From positions 4,960,001 to 5,024,000 of the forward strand of contig CAVUSO010000001.1 of the NCBI GenBank assembly GCA_963744145.1: a stretch of DNA of 64,000 nt, read 5' to 3'. The notes beneath the pieces were generated by a model that had not been told where the DNA came from, did not search any database, and saw nothing but the letters and a program-made list of their open reading frames with translations. Positions 11,315 through 21,213 of the stretch are shown here, piece by piece (positions within the stretch are counted from its first letter, which is position 1; the number at the start of each line of letters is the position of its first letter). This DNA comes from an uncultured cyanobacterium. GTDB taxonomy: Bacteria; Cyanobacteriota; Cyanobacteriia; Cyanobacteriales; CAWUOF01. The translations under genes and the position numbers were made by a program.

Positions 11315-11827
11315 ATGAGTAAAGGTTCTCAGTACCTTGAGATAAAGATCGATTATCCTCATCTACGTGACCTACTCGTAGCTGGGAAATGGTACGAAGC
11401 TGATCAAGAAACCCGTCTTTTTGTCCTAAAAGCTGCTAATTGTGAAAAAAAAGGATATCTTAATAGTGAGGATTGGCGAAAATTTCCTGGTTCTGATCTT
11501 TGTACTATCGATCGATTGTGGGTAGACCATTCTAATGGTCACTTTGGTTTTAGTGTCCAAAAACAGATTTGGCAAAATATTGGGGGAAAACCCGATGCAG
11601 ATTGGAATATAATTGAGAATTTTTGTGATCAGGTAGATTGGAAACGTGACGGAAATTGGTTGCACGAGAAAGACTTACAATTTAGTCTAACCGCAAAAAA
11701 AGGACATCTTCCCTGTGATCCTATCACCCATTACTCTGGTGATAGTTGTGGAGTTGGTTTGGTTCGTTGGTGGGTGTTTGTCGGTGGGATATGCGGATGG
11801 TCTCTTTTCTCCCGGGAAGATTTCTAG
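11315..11827 (+). CDS. GUN4-domain protein (the ORF track extends it to 11180)
   Basis: LRDLLVAGKWYEADQET..DLCTIDRLWVDHSNGHFGFSVQKQIW..GHLP. Confidence 0.88.
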   Translation: MSKGSQYLEIKIDYPHLRDLLVAGKWYEADQETRLFVLKAANCEKKGYLNSEDWRKFPGSDLCTIDRLWVDHSNGHFGFSVQKQIWQNIGGKPDADWNIIENFCDQVDWKRDGNWLHEKDLQFSLTAKKGHLPCDPITHYSGDSCGVGLVRWWVFVGGICGWSLFSREDF

Positions 11828-12058
11828 ATGCGGAAAAAAACAGAGAGCCACAATTTTTAAATGACCCTCTGGGAATTAAAGGTTAGTAACTATTTATACT
11901 CAAAAATTTGTGTCGATCAGGAATCGCTAACTACTTTACATTCGAGGAAAATGAGAATTTAACCGGAAAATTCCCAGGATTTAAGAGAATCGACTTATAC
12001 TAATTTCATTTATCCATCTAAAAAGGTCTGAAATTGACTAATAGCAGCTTTCCCTAAA

Positions 12059-12236
12059 AGCGATAATACGCTCGCTTATTATTCCCAACCAGCGATCGCT
12101 ATCCTCATTCCTCAAAAGCGATCATCAGGTTAGTCAGGTCAGGTATAGTGATTTGGGCGATCACCCTTCTTCTCTTCTCTTAGAATTAATTGAAAATATT
12201 AGGCGATCGCCCCCCAACAGTCTGGCAGCGATCGCT
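12059..12236. repeat. Cluster of HIP1 and near-HIP1 sites
   Basis: Three perfect GCGATCGC copies (12092, 12203, 12228) plus degenerate GCGAT(A/C)A copies within about 180 bp. Confidence 0.6.
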
Positions 12237-12807
12237 CTCACCCACACCACACAATCTGTCTCAGTAGCGACCCGTCTATTTGCTCCAGGATCGATTTAGT
12301 AGTAGCAGTCTAGACCCGTCTATCTGCCCCAGTATCAATTCAATTTAGTAGTAGCGACCGACAACAGGAGATTGATTGTTTTATTGTTTCATTTATTACT
12401 TGTGAGCTATTTATTTATTTATTTATCGCTTAAGAAAATGATTGTTGATTATGATTTAGATCACGGTAATAATCAATACGCATCACAATACTTTACAAAA
12501 ATACATTGTAACATAATGAAAAGTGTGAAATTTACTAAATCGAAATTGGAGTGAAGAAATGTTGAAATTTACAAAGACAAATAAAAATAACAAAATAAAT
12601 TGTGAGAAGGAAGCACGTCAAATAAAAACAGAAGGTCTCTTGTTGCTGTCCGAGTCCGAGTTGGGCGCGGTGGTGGGGGGAAGGCCAGACGGGGCGGCAG
12701 CGGGACCTGCGCCTGCGGGACCTGCACAAGCGTCGTAATTAACGTCAGCTTTTTAGATGAGATGAAAAACCCTAACCCCTTTTAAACCCTAACCCCTTTT
12801 AGGCTGT
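12237..12807. other. Compositionally foreign, eukaryote-like insert
   Basis: (TATT)n microsatellite, an AT-rich block next to a very GC-rich block, an imperfect ~45-bp tandem repeat and two telomere-like AAACCCTAACCCCTTTT copies; bounded by AGCGATCGCT on both sides. Confidence 0.5.
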
Positions 12808-12903
12808 AGCGATCGCTGACTGGGGTGGAGTTGAACGAATTTTTGGGTTTTGCTAGGTGATATTATCCGCCGAAGTTGATCTGATCCCGCTTGTCTAATT
12901 GCG

Positions 12904-12970
12904 ATCGCCTCTTACCCAAACTCATGTCCGGAGAAATTCGGATTAAAGACGCCAAGAAAATGGTGGAGGA
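12904..12970 (+). repeat. Direct repeat copy 1 (hsdS 3' tail)
   Basis: Encodes RLLPKLMSGEIRIKDAKKMVEE; 62/67 identical to 13705-13771. Confidence 0.85.
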
Positions 12971-12975
12971 GGTTG

Positions 12976-13079
12976 CAATACGGTTCGTTTAAGGATATTT
13001 TGGGAGATATCGACGGAAGTTGGGCGAACGTGAGAGCGTGCCGGAGGCAAACGCCCCTACACTTAACCGAACCGTATTG
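12976..13079. mobile_element. MITE with 18-bp TIRs and a 10-bp target duplication (IS4-type/Nezha-like)
   Basis: CAATACGGTTCGTTTAAG...CTTAACCGAACCGTATTG; TSD GAGGAGGTTG at 12966-12975 and 13080-13089. Confidence 0.9.
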
Positions 13080-13090
13080 GAGGAGGTTGG

Positions 13091-13573
13091 ATGAAATCTA
13101 CTGTTTACATTGAGACCTCCATCATTAGCTATTTGGCCGCCCGTCCCAGCCGAGATTTAATTGTTGCTGCCCATCAGCAAATCACCCAGGATTGGTGGGA
13201 AGGTCGGGACGAATGGGAACTGGTTATTTCTGCCCTCGTGATTTCCGAAAGTCAAGCCGGAGATGCCGAAGCTTCAAAACGCCGACTCAGTTATATTCAT
13301 GGCTTATCCCTCCTACGCCTGAACGATGAAACCGTTAACTTAGCAGAAAATCTCCTTAATGGTGCAGCACTTCCCCTCAAAGCCAAAGATGACGCACTAC
13401 ATATCGCGATCGCCGCAATATATGAAATCAACTACTTACTGACTTGGAACTGTAAACATATCGCCAATGCTAATAAACGCCCAGTAATAGAAAATATTTG
13501 TAGAGATACAGGACACAAACCTCCGATTATTTGTACCCCCGAAGAATTGTTAGGAGATCGCTATGTGGAATGA
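13091..13573 (+). CDS. PIN-domain (VapC-like) toxin
   Basis: VYIETSIISYL, DDALHIAIA and YLLTWNCKHIAN PIN motifs. Confidence 0.88.
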   Translation: MKSTVYIETSIISYLAARPSRDLIVAAHQQITQDWWEGRDEWELVISALVISESQAGDAEASKRRLSYIHGLSLLRLNDETVNLAENLLNGAALPLKAKDDALHIAIAAIYEINYLLTWNCKHIANANKRPVIENICRDTGHKPPIICTPEELLGDRYVE

Positions 13574-13781
13574 CCCAATTGTTGAAGACCTACACCACAT
13601 CCGAGAGGCCCGCGCCACTCAATTTAATCATGACCTGCGAATGATGGCCGATGCTATGAAAAGATTAGAGCAAGAATGGCTATCAAAATATCCTGAGCTT
13701 GATTATCGCCTCTTACCCAAACTCATGTCTGGCGAAATTCGGGTTAAAGATGCCGAGAAAATGGTGGAGGATGTGATATAA
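13563..13781 (+). CDS. Small putative antitoxin fused to an hsdS C-terminal tail
   Basis: MWNDPIVEDLHHIRE..FNHDL is typical of partners of this PIN subfamily; overlaps the toxin stop and ends in LLPKLMSGEIRVKDAEKMVEDVI. Confidence 0.65.
   Translation: MWNDPIVEDLHHIREARATQFNHDLRMMADAMKRLEQEWLSKYPELDYRLLPKLMSGEIRVKDAEKMVEDVI
13705..13771 (+). repeat. Direct repeat copy 2 (hsdS 3' tail)
   Basis: Near-identical to 12904-12970. Confidence 0.85.
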
Positions 13782-13788
13782 TAGATTT

Positions 13789-13922
13789 GGCTGCCCCGTA
13801 CTTATGGCGATAAGTAAAAATTATTGATTTTCCAAATGCTTACTACATAAGCTTTTCCCCCGCTCCATATCCCTCTCCTCCTGCCGAAAAACGGGATTTT
13901 CCACCACAAGTACGGGAGAGCC
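13789..13922. mobile_element. Putative MITE with imperfect ~21-bp TIRs
   Basis: GGCTGCCCCGTACTTATGGCG versus the reverse complement of the right end, GGCTCTCCCGTACTTGTGGTG; no clear TSD. Confidence 0.6.
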
Positions 13923-13925
13923 GTA

Positions 13926-15704
13926 TTATTTAGGTCCTTCTTTTTTCTTTCCTAACGGAGATTCTGGTAAAGAATTACCAATTCCTTGAATAATTCCTCG
14001 ACCGATTAAACCTAGTCCTCGACCAATTACCTGAGTCAGTAAATAGACTAAACCAGAAGCTAAAAAAGTAATAGTTGCTCGTAAACGAGGTGCGATCGCA
14101 TCTCTAGTTTCGAGTAGATAGGTTACCACTAGAGGAATTCCTGCTAATTGTGCTAGTTCAGTTTCCCGATCGGCATAAATTGAGATTTTCTGAATCCCTT
14201 TTTCATCGAAAATAAAAAGGAAAAATTGACTTTCAAAAACTGCGATCGGACCAGACCAATACTTATACCAACGATACCTCCAAGATAATTCATTGCGAAA
14301 CCTTGCTACTTCCCGGGTTGACATCATGCGACGATGATAAAAGTTAATTTTAATTGGTTCGAGATCAGCAAAATGGTTTAATAGTGGTTGAATTACTCCA
14401 TTAGCTGTTTGAATTAATAAATTCTCAAGTAAATTTCCAGCTCTAGTGATTGCGGTGGTACTATTGATGGGATAAGAAGCATCATCAATAGTTAGAGGAG
14501 TGGCAAATAAGAGGGCTGATAATACATCGACAACGAGAGGAATATGGTCTAAAATAGAAGTCTTGACGATCTCCGCATCTGCTAGTAAAATAGTAGTAAT
14601 TTCTAGATCGCGATCGCCAACTCGCAAAGTATAATATTTACCAAAAAAATCGATGATCGTTGTTTGCCATAAATCTTGGATTATGGTGGATTCTTTTTCA
14701 GCTAATTGACTAATTTGGATTTGTGAAAAACGTAATTCATCTAAAATATCCTCTAATTTACGCAACAGGATATAAAATAATTCTCTTTTTTTCTCTGGCT
14801 TTAAAATATCAATTTCTAAAACTACTCCAGTCCAATTTGATAAACCGGATTGAAACTTAGTTAAAATCTGATCAAAAATGATGTTAATGTATTCTGATTT
14901 GCGCCTATTTGCGAGGGAATAATTGCGTTCTATCCCACCCGGATTAAGATTAGTAATAGATAACTGAGGGGAAATTTTTTGATGATTTTCTCTAATTTCA
15001 TCTCGAGTTTTTTCTGAAGATAAAAGTCGATTAACTAACCAACGAGCTGCTAATAATTCGCGCCGACGACCAGATAAAAATAAGCGATTGATCACTGAGG
15101 ATAGATCTTTTACCTCCCAACTATTTGATGATTGCAGATCCTGCGTGATCTGGTCGATCATCGGCTCAATTTGGCTTAAACTAGAGAGTCGTAAGCGATC
15201 GCGCCAAAACCTCAAACCCGGTAATGGTTTCGGTGTGATGTTTTTGGTGGCGATCGGATCAGCTAAAAAATGCGGACTCCCGTAATTTTGTTCAGCAATT
15301 ATTTGGCGAATAGCAGTAACTAAAACCTCGACACTACTCCCTTTCTGACAATAACCATTTACCCCATTTATCCATTCTGGAGATAGCTGGGACATCCCGA
15401 GTACCAAGATCGGTAAATTCGGATAAAATTGTTTGATCTGCTCAATTAAGAACAATCCAGATAGTTTAGCTGGTCGCGTTTCTGAGGAAGAGGAATCTAA
15501 CTCCAAACCTAAAATTACTAAATCTACCACTCCAGTGAGCTGACTGGGATCAGTATGACTTTGATTAACAATAGTAGTTAATAACCGTAACGCTGGAGTA
15601 ATTTCCGTTTCTGCTACTACCGACCAATTTGGCACCCGACTCAAGCAAATTTGTAACCCAAGCCGAAAAACTGGGTCATCATCAATTACTAGCAACCTGA
15701 CCAT
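13926..15704 (-). CDS. ycf55: Ycf55/DUF3685 protein with an N-terminal receiver-like domain
   Basis: N-terminal LLVIDDDPVFRLGL; C-terminal STREVARFRNELSWRYR and LETRDAIAPR..LTQVIGRGLGLIGRGI. Confidence 0.8.
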   Translation of the reverse strand: MVRLLVIDDDPVFRLGLQICLSRVPNWSVVAETEITPALRLLTTIVNQSHTDPSQLTGVVDLVILGLELDSSSSETRPAKLSGLFLIEQIKQFYPNLPILVLGMSQLSPEWINGVNGYCQKGSSVEVLVTAIRQIIAEQNYGSPHFLADPIATKNITPKPLPGLRFWRDRLRLSSLSQIEPMIDQITQDLQSSNSWEVKDLSSVINRLFLSGRRRELLAARWLVNRLLSSEKTRDEIRENHQKISPQLSITNLNPGGIERNYSLANRRKSEYINIIFDQILTKFQSGLSNWTGVVLEIDILKPEKKRELFYILLRKLEDILDELRFSQIQISQLAEKESTIIQDLWQTTIIDFFGKYYTLRVGDRDLEITTILLADAEIVKTSILDHIPLVVDVLSALLFATPLTIDDASYPINSTTAITRAGNLLENLLIQTANGVIQPLLNHFADLEPIKINFYHRRMMSTREVARFRNELSWRYRWYKYWSGPIAVFESQFFLFIFDEKGIQKISIYADRETELAQLAGIPLVVTYLLETRDAIAPRLRATITFLASGLVYLLTQVIGRGLGLIGRGIIQGIGNSLPESPLGKKKEGPK

Positions 15705-15731
15705 GCGATCAATTCGTGAACTAACCTGCTT

Positions 15732-18026
15732 TTAGCGCCCATTAGGAGCATCATCAGCATAACGATATTCTCTACTATCACCATTATTATTACTAGGTGG
15801 TGGTAAAGCTGGTGCAACTGGGGCTGGAGCTGGTTGAGGGGAAGGTTCAACCGAGGGTAATGGGGGTGCGGGTTGAGGTTCAGGAGCTACAGTCACGGGC
15901 GCAGGTTCGGGCGCGGGTTCGGGCGCGGGCGCTGGGGCGGGTTCAGGCGCGGGTTCGGGCGCGGGTTCTAGAGCTTGAGCTGGAGCGGGTTCGGGTGCGG
16001 GTTCGGGCGCGGGCGCTGGGGCGGGTTCGGTCCCAGTATCTGGCCCAACATCAGTCACTGGTGGTTCTGAGACAGGAACAGGGGCTACTTCAACTGGTTC
16101 TGGAGGAGGAGGAGAAGTAGGTTCAACTGATACTGGTTCAGATTGAGGAACTTGGGGAGTTACATCAGCTTCTCTAACAGTAAGCACCGTATCTCTTTGC
16201 GCCATCCAACGACCAATAGCTCCTTGAGCTTCAGCATAGAGAGTTCGACCAGGACTAATTTTAGCAGCAGTAGTAATTGCCGCAGCCAGATTACCTTGAG
16301 CAGCTAGACGATTAGCGGTATCAAGAATTGGTCGATCTTCAGCGATTTCAATTTGGCTCACCCAATGAGAAATACTAGTCTGAGCTTTTTTAGACAAGAC
16401 TCGATCAGGAGGAATTTTTGTAGCTATTTTAATCGCACCCTTGAGATTACCCTGTTTTGCCAATAACTGTGCTTGATTTAGTAAAGGTTCGTCTGTGAGA
16501 GTTTCAATTTTACCTCGCCAAAAAGCAATTAAAGTTTGTGCCTCAATGCGTAAAGGGTGAAAGCGTTCTATTTGATTAGCTGTTTGGATCGCCGCTTGAT
16601 AAGCATCAATCGTTCCTGGTGCGGCTAATTGCTTGGCTAACAGAATTACAGGTCGCTTTTCAATTCGTTGGATCTCCTGATTCCATTGGGCAATAAGCGT
16701 TTGGGCTTGCACACGACTGGGGCGCTCCGGGCCAATCATCTTGGCTTGCTCAACTGCTAATTGGAAAGTCCAAGACTGACCAATACTAGCCCATAAATTG
16801 GCTAACTCTAACTGAATCAAATCTTGGCTTTTTTGTTCACTACTGACTAATAAAGATTGTGCTGCTTGATCGAGAGAGTGTTTTGAGTTAATCTGGCGAG
16901 CAGTCATTTCCGCTTCTAGTAAAGCAAAAAGACGTTCCGGTAGTAGACCATTAGTAATATTGTTCTTAGTTAAGACTTGTGCCTGGCCTAACTTGATGAA
17001 GTCTTGAGCTTGAGGGAAAATAGCAGAATCTGGTCGGATCTGTTTAGCTAGGGCGATCGCACCGACTAAATCTTTTTGTTCTAAACGCTTTTGAGCAATC
17101 TCGAGCAGTGAGCGATTCCACTGAGCAATTTCCGCTTGAGCGTGAGGACGAGTATAGCTATTGGGTTGAATTTTTTGAGCTAAAGTAATGGCTTTGAGTA
17201 ATTCATCAGGTGTTTTCCCTGCGGCGATTTCACGAGCATCTTGCAGTTGTTTCCAAGCAATTTTTTCCTGATTAATTTGTGCAAGTAAGTCTAACCAACG
17301 CTTTTGAGTCCAATCAGGATGATTTAGTTTCGTCAGTTTCTGTCCTAGTTCCTTAGCTTTGGCCCATTGCTGCGTTTTAATTGCTGTTTGAATTTGATCA
17401 TAAATATTTTGGGATTCTTGCCCATAGCTTTTCCATTCGGCAATTTTTGCTGATAATTTCACATATGCTGGATTACCGGGCGGGATTTTCTTGGCGATTT
17501 CCAAAGCTTTAAGTACATCTCCCTGGTAAACTTTCGCCTCGGCTTCTGTTAGTAGGGCTTCTGACCATAATCCGGTTAAGCGTTGAGCCTCAGCATACAA
17601 TGGATGGTCTTTCGGAAAAGTTTTGGCTAGCTGCAAAGCTGACAACAGTTGTTCTAACTTTCCTGATTGAGCAGCAGTTTGGGCACAGTAGAGTCTTTCG
17701 CTATCGAAAGATAAAGATGAGATATTTTTACAATTAATTGGGGGAGGGAGGATTAACAGCCACATACAAGCTGCTACTGCGGTGCCCCCAAATAGGAATA
17801 ATACACCGAGCCAGAAGATTGACCATCCGAGCAAAGGTTTCTGAGCGATAACTTGGACTGACGCAGCAGGAGTTGTGGTAGCGATTGGCTCTGACATTGT
17901 CCCGATCGCAGATACGTCTAAGTCCGGACTAGATTCTAGCTGGACGGTTGGTTTTTGCCCACCGCGATCGCTGGGGAATTTTTGGGCTAATAGGAGACGG
18001 ATTTGAGCAAAAGGTCTTTTTGTCAT
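15732..18026 (-). CDS. Conserved cyanobacterial membrane-anchored helical-repeat protein with a Pro-rich tail
   Basis: One TM segment, repeated A..AI..A..I.....LY.EAQ..I..W units and a (PEPA)n C-terminus. Confidence 0.7.
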   Translation of the reverse strand: MTKRPFAQIRLLLAQKFPSDRGGQKPTVQLESSPDLDVSAIGTMSEPIATTTPAASVQVIAQKPLLGWSIFWLGVLFLFGGTAVAACMWLLILPPPINCKNISSLSFDSERLYCAQTAAQSGKLEQLLSALQLAKTFPKDHPLYAEAQRLTGLWSEALLTEAEAKVYQGDVLKALEIAKKIPPGNPAYVKLSAKIAEWKSYGQESQNIYDQIQTAIKTQQWAKAKELGQKLTKLNHPDWTQKRWLDLLAQINQEKIAWKQLQDAREIAAGKTPDELLKAITLAQKIQPNSYTRPHAQAEIAQWNRSLLEIAQKRLEQKDLVGAIALAKQIRPDSAIFPQAQDFIKLGQAQVLTKNNITNGLLPERLFALLEAEMTARQINSKHSLDQAAQSLLVSSEQKSQDLIQLELANLWASIGQSWTFQLAVEQAKMIGPERPSRVQAQTLIAQWNQEIQRIEKRPVILLAKQLAAPGTIDAYQAAIQTANQIERFHPLRIEAQTLIAFWRGKIETLTDEPLLNQAQLLAKQGNLKGAIKIATKIPPDRVLSKKAQTSISHWVSQIEIAEDRPILDTANRLAAQGNLAAAITTAAKISPGRTLYAEAQGAIGRWMAQRDTVLTVREADVTPQVPQSEPVSVEPTSPPPPEPVEVAPVPVSEPPVTDVGPDTGTEPAPAPAPEPAPEPAPAQALEPAPEPAPEPAPAPAPEPAPEPAPVTVAPEPQPAPPLPSVEPSPQPAPAPVAPALPPPSNNNGDSREYRYADDAPNGR
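15890..16030 (-). repeat. Coding tandem repeat (PEPA/PAPA)
   Basis: GC-rich repeats of GCGGGTTCGGGC type. Confidence 0.8.
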
Positions 18027-18709
18027 TGCCTAAGTCTAATCCCTGCAATACTCTTGAAACACTAATATAACAAGTGGCTAAGGAAACGGCTAAACCGATG
18101 ATTTCATTAGTAGGTGTTTGTGCTGCTTAATGGACAGCCTGTCTTAGTTTCCCACTAAAATTTGGGCTTTGTGGTCGATCCATCTTCCTGGTAACAGTTC
18201 TAAAATTAGAATAATTAATTGTGTTGGTGATGTCCTAATTTTAGAGGAGGGGTAGACGGGCATTTTTTGATCTAGTGGTCTAGCGGCTGAAGCTAGTTTT
18301 AATTTGCCCAAAGCTAAAACTACCGTTTATAATCAAAACTTCACCAAGAAGCATATAAAACCAAAGTGTCATCTCTTTGCCTTGATGATCCTTTGATGGG
18401 GCAGCACCAAAAATCCAATTTATTGGAGGTAAGGGGGCTAATCTCAAAATTGGTCATCCAAAAACTTAACGGACTAGAAAATTAAATGACTTCTTCTGTG
18501 TTTGCTCTAATCAGCCAAGTTAATCGACTGCACTTAAACCTTGACAAGGGAAAAAATGATGACAATCTATTATTCTGGTTGATTTTGCTCAATTTCAGGT
18601 TTTCGACCATCAGCACAGAAGAATCAACCAAAAATGATCAATTGCTACCAACTCTCGGTAGCCAAAGCTTGAAGTGTTTAGTCAACTGCTGGCGTGAGTA
18701 GGGTGTAAC

Positions 18710-21099
18710 GTGGAAAAATTTATTTCAGCGCGTCAAGATATCTCCCCTGAGCTTGGTACTCAGTTAAATGAAGAAGCTGAATCACAAATTGAAGAAGCTG
18801 ATTTAAAGGACCCACTGTCCTCGGGAGAGATAGAAACTAATAGCAACGAAACCGCATCTCCCCAAGAAGAAGTTCCGGTCAGACCCCTGCTAGAGAAGCT
18901 CAAACGCTTATCGGCCCAAAAAATCCTGCTGCCGAAGTGGATGGGGAAACTCTGGCGATTACCTGATGGCAAAAAACCTTTGCATCGTCGTTACTTATTT
19001 TGGCTGAGTCTGACCTGTGGTGGTGGCGCGATCGCTTTTTATTATGGTTTGCGATCGATTGATCGGACTTTGCCCAATACGGCTGATGTGTTCTCCTTTG
19101 TCCGCGAAGGGACACTGACGATCAAAGCCGCCAATGGGGATATTTTGCAACAAACTGGCCCAGCAACTCGCGAAAAATTAGAATTGGCGAAAATTCCGCC
19201 CCAGCTAGTTAAAGCTTTTATTGCGATCGAAGATAGACGCTTTTACCAGCATGGAGGTGTAGATTATTTCAGTATTTTTCGAGCCGTGGTGGCTAATGTT
19301 GTGGCCAAAGACCTCCGGGAAGGGGCTAGTACCATTACCCAGCAATTGGCGAGAATTGTATTTCTAGACCAAGAACGCAGTATCTGGCGCAAACTGCGGG
19401 AAGCTCGTCTGGCTCAAAAAATTGAGCAGAAAATGGGCAAAAATCAAATTCTGGAACGCTACCTCAATCTAGTTTATCTGGGTTCGGGAGCTTATGGGGT
19501 AGCAGATGCGACTCTGGGTTTATTTTAGCAAAACGGTAGATCAGTTAACTCTACCAGAAATAGCCACGATCGCTGGACTAGCTCCAGCACCAAGTGAGTA
19601 TTCTCCGTTAGTTAATCCAGCTTATGCGAAAGAACGTCGTAATCTGGTTTTAGCCAGAATGCAGGAAGAGGGATTTATCACCCGGATGGAAGCAGCAAAA
19701 GCTAAATATACACCACTGGATTTAAAACCTAGTCCTCCCAAGCGTTTTCAGTTAGAAGCTGCCCTATTTTGATGCTTATATTCAGCACGAACTACCTAAA
19801 TATATCTCATCAGAAGCAATTGAAACTGGTGGATTAACAGTAGAAACTACCCTAAATTTGAATTGGCAAAAGCTGGCAGAAAGGGTAATTAAAAATACCA
19901 TTGAAGTAGATGGAGCAGCTCAAGGATTTGAACAAGCTGCCTTAGTTTCTCTCGATCCACGTAACGGGATGATTAAGGCTATGGTAGGAGGAAATGATTT
20001 TCAGAAAAGTCACTTTAATCGCGCTACTCAAGCCCAACGTCAACCAGGATCAACTTTTAAAACTTTTGTTTATACTACGGCGATCGCGGCTGGTTTTTCT
20101 CCCTACAATAGTTATCTAGATGAACCAATTAAGGTTGATGGTTATCAACCACATAACTATGGTAAAAAACATCGCGGTTGGGTTTCTCTCACCGATGCAC
20201 TAGCTTCTTCGATTAATATTGTCGCAGTTCGGTTATTGATTGATGTTGGGTTTCAACCGACGATCAAAATGGCTAAGGATATGGGGATTAAATCTGAACT
20301 TAAACCCTTTTATTCCCTAGCTCTAGGTGGTTCGGAAGTAAATTTGCTGGAACTGACTAATGGTTATGGTTCTCTAGCAAATCAAGGTAAATATGTAGAA
20401 GCTCATGGGATTAGTCGGATTCTGAATAAACGAGGGGAAGTGATTTATGAAGCTAATTTTAAACCTAAGCAAGTTTTAGATAAAAATTCAGCCGCAATTA
20501 TGACCTGGATGTTACAGAATGTTGTCCAAAATGGTACAGGGATTGCAGCTCAACTAGAAGATAGACAAGTCGCAGGAAAAACTGGTACTTCTGAGGAAGC
20601 TCGGGATCTCTGGTTTATTGGTTATATTCCGCAAGTAGTGACTGGTATTTGGTTGGGTAATGATGATAGCTATCCCACCGCAGGAAGTAGCGGGACCGCA
20701 GCTTTTGCTTGGCACGAATTTATGTCTAAAGCAGTCAAAGGAATACCTCCCCAAAAATTCCCACAATTACCCCAATTAGATGATCGCAAAGGTAGTATCA
20801 AAGCCAAACCGATCTCCCCATCTTCTTATATTTCTGGTGGTGCTGCGGGATCAGAAAATGGTGCTGGTACTCCAGAAAATACTACTGCTCCTGTTGCTAA
20901 TGATCAAGATAATCCTGAAACAGCTCAACCTGATAATAGTAGTAATTCCTCTGGTACAGCTCAACCTGATAATAATCCTCCACCCCAGGATAATTCTGGT
21001 GTAGAGCAATCCGATCCTGGTAATGCTCAACCCCAAGATAATTCTGGTGTAGAACAACCCGATTCTGGTAATGCTCAACCACAGGATGATCCTCATTAA
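18710..21099 (+). CDS. Class A penicillin-binding protein (PBP1A family) with two apparent frameshifts
   Basis: EDRRFY and GASTITQQL (transglycosylase); QPGSTFK, SIN and KTGT (transpeptidase). Split into three ORFs by single extra bases near 19514 and 19761. Confidence 0.9.
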
Positions 21100-21165
21100 G
21101 ATACCTGATGCTGATCAACTCAATATGATCGAGTAGATAAAATTTTAAATCAGGCTTTTTGTCCC

Positions 21166-21194
21166 ATAGGGGTATAAAAAAACTACACCCCTAT
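21166..21194. terminator. Hairpin between the convergent PBP and gyrB genes
   Basis: ATAGGGGT...ACCCCTAT inverted repeat. Confidence 0.5.
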
Positions 21195-21213
21195 TAGTAT
21201 CACCAAGATTAGT

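Noticed and set aside
12264..12360. Repeated GACCCGTCTAT..TTTAGTAGTAGC as a mini CRISPR array
   Set aside because: Only two imperfect adjacent units, no unique spacers and no cas genes in the window
12560..12641. A-rich stretch ending GGTCTCTT as a DGR template repeat for the GUN4 tail
   Set aside because: Adenine-only compatibility lasts about 18 nt and then needs non-A mismatches or indels; this is expected by chance in A-rich DNA
15797..16120. Plus-strand RARV-repeat ORF
   Set aside because: Antisense shadow of the PEPA repeat in the minus-strand gene
18486..18701. 71-aa ORF upstream of the PBP, and other short overlapping ORFs in the track
   Set aside because: No recognisable motifs; most overlap well-supported genes in other frames or on the other strand
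20920..21090. Tandem repeats at the PBP 3' end as a non-coding array
   Set aside because: In-frame low-complexity coding repeats (QDNSGVEQ.D.GNAQP)
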